Shown here: piece by piece, positions 25,871 through 37,988 of the stretch | Layout of the letters: each line of letters starts with the position of its first letter | Position numbering within the stretch: the first letter of the stretch is position 1 | Assembly (NCBI GenBank): GCA_038087875.1 | Contig: CM075987.1 | Location: 23,376,001 to 23,440,000, forward strand | DNA: 64,000 nucleotides | Source: Malacoraja senta | Lineage: Eukaryota | Reading direction: 5' to 3' | Notes under the pieces: generated by a model | Told to the model about the DNA's origin: nothing | Database searches by the model: none | Seen by the model: the letters and a program-made list of their open reading frames with translations, nothing else | Program-made: the position numbers and the translations under genes

Positions 25871-26911
25871 GAAGCCACAAGTTTTCTTGGAGGGATCCAA
25901 CCCGAAATTCTGGTTTAAACCGAAGCTGGACGCAGAAAGCTGGAGCAACTCAGCGGATCAGAGAGCATCACTGAAGAAAAGGAATGGGTGACGTTTCAGG
26001 TCGAGACCCTTCTTCAGACCCGAAACGTCACCTGTTCCATTTCTCCAGAGATGCTGCCTGACCCGCTGAGTTACTCCAGCTCTTTGTGCCTATCTTTATT
26101 TGCAAGAATTTGGAAGACTTTCACATTATATCGAGCGTTAGTGGAACTGCAGCGAACTATATATGGTTGAGGTCTTCTTGCCTTGGGTGAGGTACCTTCA
26201 CAATAAACAGTAGCTAGATGGTTTCATAAGATGAGGAGGGAGTTCTTTGAGGAGAGGTTGAGTTACTCTGGTCCAGAACGTAAGATGGGATCTCTTTCAA
26301 TCTTTAACCTTCTGATGTCTGACCAGCTGGGAACGTAGGATTTGCATTTAGGATTGAGATGTAGAATCATTTAGAGGTTATGAATCTTTTTGTTTGTTCT
26401 TGCTTCTCTTAAGGATTGGAGATGTTTCCATGAAGATTTGTCAGTTATATTCAATGCTGAGGTTGTTATATGTTTGGATAACAAGTGAATTGTGCAGCAT
26501 GGGATTGGGATGGGAATGCAGAGTTAGAACATTAGCCACTGTATTAAATGGCAGGATGGTCATTTTCCCAATGCCTTTGTACATTCAGGTAATCCTTTTC
26601 CCCTCCCTGTGGAGGTTGGACTTTTTGCTTCAGATGACAACTTGGAAAAATCCATTTTGCTTCAGATCGTGGCAACGTTTTCAAGTATTTGAACAGCGTG
26701 TCATTGGATTCCTGCTGCTTCTCAACCTCCTCGACCAGATCCTTTGTTCCACCCCCACCCTGTGGCCATTTGACCAAGGCAGGGTTGATCTTGCTGTTCA
26801 GCAGGGAGGTGATGAGGACAGCCACAATGTCAGATTCAGGGTGGTGGGTGTATGGAACGAGCTGCTGAAGGAGGTAGTTCAGGCGGGGACTATCGCAACG
26901 TTTAAGAAACG

Positions 26912-27148
26912 ACTCTTTCTCTTTCTATCTTCTTCTCTTCACTTTTCTTCTTCCATCCCTTTTTCTATCTCACACACTACATATCACACGTTTTTCTATC
27001 TTTTATTATCTGTTCTCTCTCTTTCTTTTTCATTATTTAAAAAACATAAGAAGCTGTACATAAGAATATGTCAATATATATTAGGCACTTTGGTGCCACA
27101 CTTACTACTAATAAAATTAAAATATATATTTTTTAAAATTAAAAAAAA
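26912..27148 (+). mobile_element. L1-like 3' UTR inserted into a CR1 fragment
   Basis: Similar to 54590-54840 (CACACTA.ATATC.CACGTTTTTCTAT..AAGAAGCTGTACATA..CTAATAAAAT). Confidence 0.6.
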
Positions 27149-27566
27149 CCTTTGAAAAGGTATATGGATATGACATCTTTAGGGGGTTATGGGCCAAACA
27201 CAAGCAGGTGGGACTAGTGTAGATGGGACATGTTGGCTGGTGTGGGCAAGATGGGCTGAAGGGCCTGCTTCCACACTGTATCACTCTATGACTCTATTCA
27301 GTAAATCCTGAGGTGGTGATTCTATACGCTGATAGGAAGGCAACTAATTTAACCCTGGAGCTCCAGAAAGGTTCAGCTTTATGATATGAGCCTTTGATCC
27401 AGAAAATTAATTACAGCCACAAATACCTGGCTGGATACTTGCCATACACAGATAGAGAGCAATGGGAACCACGATGACAAGCCCCAAATCCCGTTTTTGT
27501 TCTTGCTTCTCTCAAGGAATGGAAATGTTTCCATGAAGATTTGTTCCGCTGTGTAAGGCATAGATC

Positions 27567-28314
27567 ATAGAAACATAGAAAATAGGTGCAGGAGTAGGCC
27601 ATTCGGCCCTTCGAGCCTGCACCGCCATTCAATATGATCATGGCTGATCATCCAACTCGGTATCCTGTACCTGCCTTCTCTCCATACCCCCTGATCCCTT
27701 TAGCCACAAGGGCCACATCTAACTCCCTCTTCACTATAGCCAATGAACTGGCCTCAACTACCTTCTGTGGCAGAGAATTCCACAGATTCACCACTCTCTG
27801 TGTGAAAAATGTTTTTCTCATCTCGGTCCTAAAAGATTTCCCCCTTATCCTCAAACTGTGACCCCTTGTTCTGGACTTCCCCAACATCCGGAACAATCTT
27901 CCTGCATCTAGCCTGTCCAACCCCTTAAGAATTTTGTAAGTTTCTATAAGATCCCCCCTCAATCTTCTAAATTCTAGCGAGTACAAGCCGAGTCTATCCA
28001 GTCTTTCTTCATATGAAAGTCCTGCCTTCCCAGGAATCAGTCTGGTGAACCTTCTCTGTACTCCCTCTATGGCAAGAATGTCTTTCCTCAGATTTGGAGA
28101 CCAAAACTGTACGCAATACTCCAGGAGTGGTCTCACCAAGACCCTGTACAACTGCAGTAGAACCTCCCTGCTCCTATACTCAAATCCTTTTGCTATGAAT
28201 GCTAACATACCATTTGCTTTCTTCACTGCCTGCTGCACCTGCATGCCTACTTTCAATGACTGGTGTACCATGACACCCAGGTCTCGTTGCATCTCCCCTT
28301 TTCCTAATCGGCCA
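27567..28314 (-). mobile_element. HER1/CR1 LINE 3' fragment (RT C-terminus intact)
   Basis: 214-aa ORF QRDLGV..AVKKANGML..LYRVLVRPLLEYCVQFWSP..RRLRGDLIETYKI. Confidence 0.95.
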
Positions 28315-30301
28315 TCGGTGGTTGAAGGATGGAGGCGTATTAATGCATAGCCTCATTTCCAAGTGTGAAGGATTAATTCTTCTGAAAACTCATTGCTCTG
28401 ATAATCAAAATACCACCAGGGTTTAACCAAGACAGCAAATGCAGCTGGAGCTATTTGTGACCAGCACATTGTCCCACAAGATGCAGAGATTCCACAAAAT
28501 GAATAGGTGAGGGAATTCTTTCGATAATGCAATGGCTGAAATTGAACTTAATTAATTCCTCAAATGGATCTTTTGGACAAGTCAACCTGAGAACGCACAT
28601 TGTTGCACTTGTTTCTTTTGGACGGAGGGGACGATGTTGCTGTTTCAACATTCAGAACACAGTCTTAGTCAGTGGCGAAGAGAAGAGCAGAGAGTTTCAA
28701 AGGGAAATGGACAGAGTGAGTGAGGGCAGATAGAATTCAGAGTAAAGAAGGATTAGATGGCCTACAGGTGACCCCAGAACAATATGCAAGAGTATTTTCC
28801 CAAATGTTGAGAAGGTAGAAGCAAAATATATATTTTTTTAAACAAAGGCAGTGCTGACATTTCTCTCATTGTGGGTCAAAATGGAAGGTTTGGACATGGT
28901 GTTGCAGTTCTGAGTAGACCTGACCTGGAATAATGAAGGAGAACCTTTCCTTCACGGTGATGCAGTGCAGGTACACTAATGATTCCACAATGCTCTATTG
29001 TCACTTGTACTTGGGTGCAGTGCAATGCTTTGTTTTTGCGTACAATACACAAAATACACAAAAGCGTCGTCCCGTTTCTGGGGCCAACAAAGTTACGGAA
29101 GTTCTCATGCAAGTCATGTTGGTCCCTCTTCCTTCTCGGCGTCCCTCTCCCCCAGAGTGATCCTGCCGTTAAAAGGGCTAAAAAAAAATGCGGACTGGCT
29201 CCAGAGAATCGCATGCCGTGGAGGAGAAGATTGAGGAAAGACACAAAATGCTGGAGAAACTCAGCGGGCGAGGCAGCGTCCCCCGGAGAACATGGATGGG
29301 CGACATTTCAGGTCCGATCTGAAGAAGGGTCCCGACCCAAAATGTCGCTTAACCACGTTCTCCAAGGATGCTGCCTGGCCTGTAGAGTTACTCCAGCGTT
29401 TTGTGTCTTTCCTTGTTCACCTGGTATCTGCAGGCTCCTTGTTTCTGCAACCATGAAAATGAAGGAGTGATTTAATCGGGCTGTTTGATGTGGCACTCGG
29501 CTTCGATGGAGAGATGTAGAGAAACTCTCTCCCCCAAGGATGGTTCAGAGCAAGGGCACATAACCTCAACGCCAGAACAAAGAGGCCAGGAAGCACCTCT
29601 TCCCACAATGGGAGGCGAGAACCTTAGACTCTCCCTCTCAATGCTGTCCAAGAGAGAAGATCAGTCACCATTTCCAAAGCTGTGACTGATATCTTTTTGA
29701 TAGATAGACACAAAAAGCTGGGACAGGCAGCATTTCTGGAGGGAAGGAATAGGTGGCGTTTCGGGTCGAGACCCTTCCTCAGACCCTTTTTCAGTCTCGG
29801 CCCGAAACGTCACCCATTCCTTCCCTCCAGCGATGATGCCTGCCTGCCCCGCTGAGTTACTCCGGCATTTTGCGTCTATCTTCGGTTTAAAGCAGCATCT
29901 GCAGTTCCTTGCTACGCACAGGACCTTTCTGAATAGCAGAATGCCTTTGCAAACCTGGCGACCTCTTTCTCTTCCCATGCTGTTCTTGGTCTGAATTCAG
30001 TCTGCCAGCCAGCTATGGGAGCCAGGCAAATATTTGTGTAAGGAACAAAAGAATGTTTAAAAAAAGCAAAAAGCAGAGAGAATGATAAAAGACAAACGTC
30101 ACCCCTTCCTACTCACAATGAGTAGGAAGGAACTGCAGATGCGGGTTTACGCCAAAGATAGACATAAGAAAGCTGAGTTACTCCAGCTTTTCGTGTCTAT
30201 CTTGCCAGCCACAATGCAGGTCCCAGTTGAAATTGCTCCACAAGTGTGTGAGCTTCACTCACTCACTACTTGGGCTCTTACATTCTTGCCATAGAGGGAG
30301 T

Positions 30302-30770
30302 ACATAGATACATAGAAAATAGGTGCAGGAGTAGGCCATTCGGCCCTTTGAGCCTGCACCGCCATTCAATATGATCATGGCTGATCATCCAACTCAGTAT
30401 CCCGTACCTGCCTTCTCTCCATACCCCCTGATCCCTTTAGCCACAAGGGCCACATCTAACTCCCTCTTAAATATAGCCAATGAACTGGCCTCGACTACCC
30501 TCTGTGGCAGAGAGTTCCAGAGATTCACCACTCTCTGTGTGAAAAAAGTTCTTCTCATCTCGGTTTTAAAGGATTTCCCCCTTATCCTTAAGCTGTGACC
30601 CCTTGTCCTGGACTTCCCCAACATCGGGAGCAATCTTCCTGCATCTAGCCTGTCCAACCCCTTAAGAATTTTGTAAGTTTCTATAAGATCCCCTCTCAAT
30701 CTCCTAAATTCTAGAGAGTATAAACCAAGTCTATCCAGTCTTTCTTCATAAGACAGTCCTGACATCCCAG
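30302..30770 (-). mobile_element. HER1/CR1 LINE 3' end
   Basis: ORF 30394-30801 matches HER1 C-terminus; tail at 30302. Confidence 0.93.
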
Positions 30771-31093
30771 GATGTTGGGGAAGTCCAGAACAAGGGGTCA
30801 CAGTTTGAGGATAAGGGGGAAGTCTTTTAGGACCGAGATGAGAATTTTTTTTTCCACACAGAGAGTGGTGAATCTGTGGAATTCTCTGCCACAGAAAGTA
30901 GTTGAGGCCAGTTCATTGGCTATATTTAAGAGGGAGTTGGATGTGGCCCCTGCGGCTAAAGGGATCAGGGGGTATGGAGAGAAGGCAGGTACAGGATACT
31001 GAGTTGGATGATCAGCCATGATCATATTGAATGGCGGTGCAGGCTTGTAGGGCCGAATGGCCTACTCCTGCACCTATTTTCTATGTTTCTATG
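30771..31093 (+). mobile_element. HER1/CR1 LINE 3' end, head-to-head with the preceding copy
   Basis: MLGKSRTRGHSLRIRGK..; tail TTTCTATGTTTCTATG. Confidence 0.93.
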
Positions 31094-32808
31094 TTAACAA
31101 AGGCGGAGGACTTGGAGCTACTTATGACCTTTAGCTTGGAGCCCCCGAGGGTCTATTTGTGGCCATTGGGGTGTGTGAGCAATATAGTGGGAGAGTAATG
31201 AACTCAGTGAAGGGTTCAGGATGGGCCCAGGGGATAAGAAGTGGGATGATGTTGACTCGTGGCTGGGACTAGACTACACTGATCAGGCTTTGCTGCTCAG
31301 GCGTTAACTGTTCACAAGACAAAAAATAAAAGTGGTCTAGACTGTGGTTAACTAAGATCTGTTGCAATAGTCAGACTTGGACATAGTGAGAGTCCTGGCA
31401 GGTTCCGGTATGTAAGTCTCCATTAGTGGATCCAGAGCAAAACCTCTCCCCCATTCATGGAATATAGAACAGTACAGCGCAGGAACAGGCCCTTCAGCCC
31501 ACAATATCCAAGCCGAACATAATACTAAGTTATGGGTGACGTTTCGGGTCGAGACTCTTCTTCAGACTCGACCTGAAATGTCATCCATTCCTTCTCTCCA
31601 GAGATGCTGCCTGTCCCACTGTTACTCCAACATTTTGTGTCTACCTTCAGTGTAAACCATCATCTGCTGTACCTTCCTACACATGATACTGTTATACTAA
31701 TCTCACTGTGTGTATATGATCCATATGCTTCCCTTCCCAGCATATCCATGTGCCTATTTAACAGCCTCTTAAACACCATTGTATTGTATCTGCCTGTACC
31801 ACCACACCATGTGTACAATAAAAACTTGCTCCTTTTGAACTTTGCCCCCCTCACCTTAAAGCTATGCCTTCTAGTCTTTGACATGTCCATCCTGGGAAAT
31901 CGGTAATGAGTGGCTCGCCTATTTATGCCTCTCATAATTTGATATACTGCAATGAGGTGTAGCTGTTTGAGAAGGATATCGGAGCCACGGGGGACTCCTG
32001 CACTACTAGCCTGCCTCTCCGGGTGGTCACCTATCTATCTGGCTGACCCGCATTGAGACTACTGTCTATAACCCTCTCTGTCTACTGTGTGCTCAGTCTA
32101 TCCAGCCGCTGCTCCCACTGATCCACGCGGTCTGTAGCTGGACACACCTCCTGCAGACATGGTCAACACAGACGCATGGCTGCTCCCTAATATATATCAC
32201 GGTTAGCAGAAGGGTAATACCACTGCACTAAGGTGAGGGGGGCAAGACTTAATAGGAATCTGAGGGGTGACTTTATCCACACAAAGGCTGGTGGGTGTAC
32301 GGAACGAGCTAGTTGAGGTGGTAGTTGAGGCAGATGCTATCAGAGTGTTTAATGGACATTTGGACAGGTGCATGGATAGGATAGGTTTAAAGGGATAGGC
32401 AGATGGGACTAGTGTAGATGGGACATGTTGGTCGGCGTGGGCAAGTTGGACCGAAGAGCTTGCTTCCACGCTGTACCACTCTATGACTCAAGAGCCGCCA
32501 TACACTGCCACCTTAATACGAACCATTCACACTTCCTTCATCAGCAACGAGCAGGCCATGGAGCAGACACTGTCCTCCAATATTCCTTCAGCCTCTGTGC
32601 AGTGGATGCTTCTCTGGAATTTGGAAATTCAGGAGATTGTCCCACACTCATCACACGTCCAGTAGAAGTCTAGAGGACACTCACCAGGTCCCGCGTGGCT
32701 CTGCGGGCTTTCTTGCTCATCAGTGTAAAACTAATCCCACTGCTCCGCTCGTTCCCTCTTGCTACGCATCATGATAATAACAAGAGAAGCGAGTGAGAGG
32801 ACGCCCTA

Positions 32809-35800
32809 AGGGCCTGTCCCACTTGGCGATTTTTTTTGGCGACTGCCGGCGTCATTGACTGATGTATCAGGGTCGCCGAAAGATTGTGAACATTTCAAAA
32901 TCCAGCGGCGACAAAAAAATGCTGTGACCCTGGAGGAAACACCGCGCGTCAATACGTCATCACGCCGCGTCACCCCGCGTCACCCCGCATCACCCCGCGT
33001 CACCCCGCATCACCCCGCATCACCCCGCATCACCCCGCGTCATGCCGCGTCACCCCCTGTCACCCCCTGTCACCCCACAACACCCCCCGTCACCCCACAT
33101 CACCCCGCATCACCCCGCATCACCCCGCATCACCCCCTGTCACCCCCTGTCACCCCCTGTCACCCCCTGTCACCCCACAACACCCCCCGTCACCCCACAT
33201 CACCCCACGTCACCCCCACGTCACCCCACGTCACCCCCTGTCACCCCCTGTCACCCCACAACACCCCCCCGTCACCCCACATCACCCCCCGTCACCCCCT
33301 GTCACCCCACAACACCCCCCGTCACCCCACATCACCCCGCATCACCCCACGTCACCCCCTGTCACCCCACAACACCCCCCCGTCACCCCACATCACCCCA
33401 CGTCACCCCCTGTCACCCCACAACACCCCCCCGTCACCCCACATCACCCCCTGTCACCCCCTGTCACCCCACATCACCCCCTGTCACCCCCTGTCACCCC
33501 ACAACACCCCCCGTCACCCCACATCACCCCGCATCACCCCGCATCACCCCGTCACCCCCTGTCACCCCCTGTCACCCCACAACACCCCCCGTCACCCCAC
33601 ATCACCCCACGTCACCCCCACGTCACCCCACGTCACCCCCTGTCACCCCCTGTCACCCCACAACACCCCCCCGTCACCCCACATCACCCCCCGTCACCCC
33701 CTGTCACCCCACAACACCCCCCGTCACCCCACATCACCCCGCATCACCCCACGTCACCCCCTGTCACCCCCTGTCACCCCACAACACCCCCCCGTCACCC
33801 CACATCACCCCACGTCACCCCCTGTCACCCCACAACACCCCCCCGTCACCCCACATCACCCCTGTCACCCCCTGTCACCCCACATCACCCCCCGTCACCC
33901 CCTGTCACCCCACAACACCCCCCGTCACCCCACATCACCCCGCATCACCCCACGTCACCCCCTGTCACCCCACAACACCCCCCGTCACCCCCTGTCACCC
34001 CACAACACCCCCCGTCACCCCACATCACCCCACGTCACCCCCTGTCACCCCACGTCACCCCCTGTCACCCCACATCACCCCACAACTCACCCCACATCAC
34101 CCCCCGTCACCCCCTGTCACCCCACAACACCCCCCGTCACCCCACATCACCCCGCATCACCCCACGTCACCCCCTGTCACCCCACAACACCCCCCGTCAC
34201 CCCCTGTCACCCCACAACACCCCCCGTCACCCCACATCACCCCACGTCACCCCCTGTCACCCCACGTCACCCCCTGTCACCCCACATCACCCCACAACAC
34301 CCCCCCGTCACCCCACATCACCCCCCGTCACCCCCTGTCACCCCACAACACCCCCCGTCACCCCACATCACCCCGCATCACCCCACGTCACCCCCTGTCA
34401 CCCCACAACACCCCCCGTCACCCCACAACACCCCACGTCACCCCACGTCACCCCCTGTCACCCCACAACACCCCCCGTCACCCCACATCACCCCACGTCA
34501 CCCCCTGTCACCCCACGTCACCCCCTGTCACACCACATCACCCCACAACACCCCCCGTCACCCCACGTCACCCCACATCACCCCACGTCACCCCCTGTCA
34601 CCCCGCGTCACCCCCTGTCACCCCACAACACCCCCCGTCACCCCGCATCACCCCGCGTCACCCCACATCACCCCACAACACCCCCCGTCACCCCACGTCA
34701 CCCCCTGTCACCCCGCATCACCCCCCGGCACCCCACAACACCCCCCGTCACCCCGCATCACCCCACGTCACCCCGCATCACCCCCCGTCACCCCACAACA
34801 CCCCCCGTCACCCCACAACACCCCCCGTCACCCCGCATCACCCCCCGTCACCCCACAACACCCCCCGTCACCCCGCATCACCCCCCGTCACCCCACAACA
34901 CCCCCCGTCACCCCCCGTCACCCCACAACACCCCCCGTCACCCCGCAACACCCCACAACACCCCCCGTCACCCCCTGTCACCCCACAACACCCCCCGTCA
35001 CCCCACATCACCCCACGTCACCCCCTGTCACCCCACAACACCCCCCGTCACCCCACAACACCCCCTGTCACCCCCTGTCACCCCCTGTCACCCCCCGTCA
35101 CCCCCTGTCACCCCCTGTCACCCCACATCACCCCACGTCACCCCCTGTCACCCCGCAACACCCCCCGTCACCCAGCATCACCCAGCATCACCCCACGTCA
35201 CCCCCCGTCACCCCGCAACACCCCCTGTCACCCCCTGTCACCCCCCGTCACCCCCCGTCACCCCGCATCACTCCGCGTCACCCCCCGTCACCCCCCGTCA
35301 CCCCGCATCACTCCGCGTCACCCCCCGTCACCCCCTGTCACCCCACAACACCCCCCGTCACCCCACATCACCCCACGTCACCCCCCGTCACCCCGCAACA
35401 CCCCCTGTCACCCCCCGTCACCCCCCGTCACCCCCCGTCACCCCGCATCACTCCGCGTCACCCCCCGTCACCCCGCATCACTCCGCGTCACCCCCCGTCA
35501 CACCCTGTCACCCCGCGTCACCCCACAACACCCCCCGTCACCCCACATCACCCCACGTCACCCCCTGTCACCCCCCGTCACCCCCTGTCACCCCACAACA
35601 CCCCCCGTCACCCCACATCACCCCACGTCACCCCTGTCACCCCACAACACCCCCCGTCACCCCACAACACCCCCTGTCACCCCCTATCACCCCGCATCAC
35701 CCCGCGTCACCCAGCATCATCACGCCGCATCACCCCGCGTCACCCGCAACACCCCCATCACCCCGCATCACCCCCATCACCCCGCATCACCCGCATCACG

Positions 35801-35877
35801 CCGCAACTTTTCCAGTGACCTGATACGTCAATGATGCCGACAGTCACCGAAAAAAATCGCCAAGTGGGACAGGCCCT
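32809..35877. mobile_element. PIF/Harbinger-like MITE, subfamily B, carrying an internal minisatellite
   Basis: TIR AGGGCCTGTCCCACTTGGCGATTTTTTT / AAAAAAATCGCCAAGTGGGACAGGCCCT with extended imperfect inverted repeat; flanks CTA/CCA. Confidence 0.8.
32968..35800. repeat. 10-bp C-rich minisatellite (CACCCC + CTGT/CCGT/ACAA/ACAT/ACGT/GCAT)
   Basis: About 2.8 kb of 10-mer variants in phase, with occasional 9- and 11-mers. Confidence 0.98.
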
Positions 35878-37669
35878 CCAAGCGTTCCCTAGCCTATCCT
35901 ACCACTCAAGGAGACACTAGCGTGTGTTGGTGTAGGGAGGATGAGGGCAGCGTTTACAGAGGGTAAAATGAGGAAGGCTGGCTAGGAGTATGTTGGATAA
36001 TCCAATGTGGAGGTAGTAAAGGTGTGAACGTGGGATCAGCAGCAGATCAACAGGTTAAAGGTGGAAATGGGTGGTGTTACAGTGGTGGTCTTCAAGATGG
36101 TGTGGTTACACAGTCTAAAGCCAAGGGTGCGAAGAATCTGGTTGGGTGTCAACCGGTGGTAGGGGAAGGGATGTGGTTGGTGCCCAGGGAACTGAAGACA
36201 GTGGTTTCAGTATTCCCAGTGTTCATTTGCAGGGAATTCCTGCTCTCCCTTTGCAGAATTATGTTGTGCGATAGTCTTGCGGGTCTGCATGCAAAAAATG
36301 TATTTCACTGCAGCCGGTACACGTGACAGTAAAGAAACCATTGAATGTCCGACAAGCAGGCAGATGTTTCATGTAAAAGGGGCTGGTGTTGAGTTAGAGT
36401 TCGGGCGTCTCGAGGTTAATATTGACACGCACGCAAGCGCGCCATAGTTCTGGGGCTTGCTGGCAAGCGCTGGTAAACAGGAGAGGGGCGCTGATAGGGG
36501 AAGGAGAAAGATTTGCAGTGCTACGGAGAAAGGCCCGTCAGAGATAAAATGGGCCAAGGGCCTCTTGTGCTGCGCTGTTCCATGGTATACGCTCCCACAG
36601 GACGAGCTCGGAGGCAGATGTTGCATGTCCTAGTTTGGGTTTGGGAACAATGTGGGGCATGTTGGGGGCGTGTGTGAACCGTTACAGCAATGTAGACTGA
36701 TTCGCTGTATAACAGCAGAGCAGAAACACTGCACTTAATCGAGGCCCCAAATGTAACGATTAATCCAAAACAGCTGAACTCTTTTGGAAGAGACATACTC
36801 ACTCGTTGATCATTTGCCAAACAGACTGTTGAAAAAAGGTTCCTGACTTTCGGAACCATTTCTCAGAGTAAAGGCATCCATTTTAGGTCCAAGCAGTCTC
36901 CTGTTTACGGAGAAATGCGAGGGAGCAAAATGGAAAGACTTGTCCAGCACCAGTCCCCACTTCAGCGTCTCCCTGGCGATTAGCTACTTTGAGAAGGGTG
37001 CTTGGTATTGAAAAGGAGGGAACGGGACAGGCCGAATACATACAGCAAGCTCCTGATAAGTGACCAGATAATGTTTTGTAGAATGTGTAGGAGGGAACTG
37101 GAGATGCTGGATTACGCTGAAGATAGACACAAACTGCTGGAGTAACTCAGCGGGGTCAGGCAGACATATGTAGGAAGGAACTGCAGATGCTGGTTTAAAC
37201 CGAAGATAGACACGAAAAAGCTGGAGTAACTCAGCGGGTCAGGCAGCATCTCTGGAGAAAAGGAATAGGTGACGTTTCAGGTCGAGACCCTTCTGCAGAC
37301 TAAAGAAGAGTCTCGATCCAAAACGTCACCTCATTTTTTTGTAGAACATTGGTTTGAGCATACGGTACTGGCCAAGATACCAGTGAGAAGTCCCAAGAAA
37401 AATCGGGTTGTGCGATCTTTTGCACAGAATTAAAGCAGCAAGGTGTGGTTTCACATTTCGGGTGAAAAGGGGTACTGCTGAGAGTGCAGCCCCACCTCTG
37501 CCCCAGCCCATGCCCATGCCCAAAGGAGACCAAATGGCCATGATCATTCGATCAGTCGCAGCAGAATTCCAGTCGGAGCTAATGGCTCATGAGTTGAAAT
37601 TCTCCACCAGAGACTTGACCAAAAGAGTCCTGATTAATTCCCTGCCACAGATTAATTCTCTGCCACAGA

Positions 37670-37882
37670 AGTGGAATTCTCTGCCACAGAAAGTAGTTGA
37701 GGCCAGTTCATTGGCTATATTTAAGAGGGAGTTAGATGTGGCCCTTGTGGCTCAGGGGATCAGGGGGTATGGAGAGAAGGCAGGTGCAGGATACTGAGTT
37801 GGATGATCAGCCATGATCATAATGAATGGCGGTGCAGGCTCGAAGGGCCAAATGGCCTACTCCTACACCTATTTTCTATGTT
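37670..37882 (+). mobile_element. HER1/CR1 LINE 3' end
   Basis: WNSLPQKVVEASSLAIFKRELDVAL..; tail. Confidence 0.9.
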
Positions 37883-37889
37883 AACATTC

Positions 37890-37988
37890 AAGGGAGTGCT
37901 GCACTGTGAGAGGGGCAGTACTGAGGGAGTGCCACAGAGGGGCAGTACTGAGGGAGTGCCGCACTGTCAGAGGGCCAGTACTGAGGAA
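37890..37988 (+). repeat. Tandem DeuSINE-core-like repeat (CAGTACTGAGGGAGTGC.GCACTGT)
   Basis: Three copies of CAGTACTGAGG; resembles the Deu domain of AmnSINE1/SacSINE1. Reverse copy around 57775-58078. Confidence 0.55.

Noticed and set aside
26394..27155. 253-aa hydrophobic ORF
   Set aside because: Spans a patchwork of CR1 remnants and a T-rich L1 UTR; no recognisable domain.
32855..35834. 987-aa and 930-aa Pro/His/Thr/Ser-rich ORFs
   Set aside because: Translations of a stop-free 10-bp minisatellite inside a MITE; open in several frames with the same repetitive peptide.
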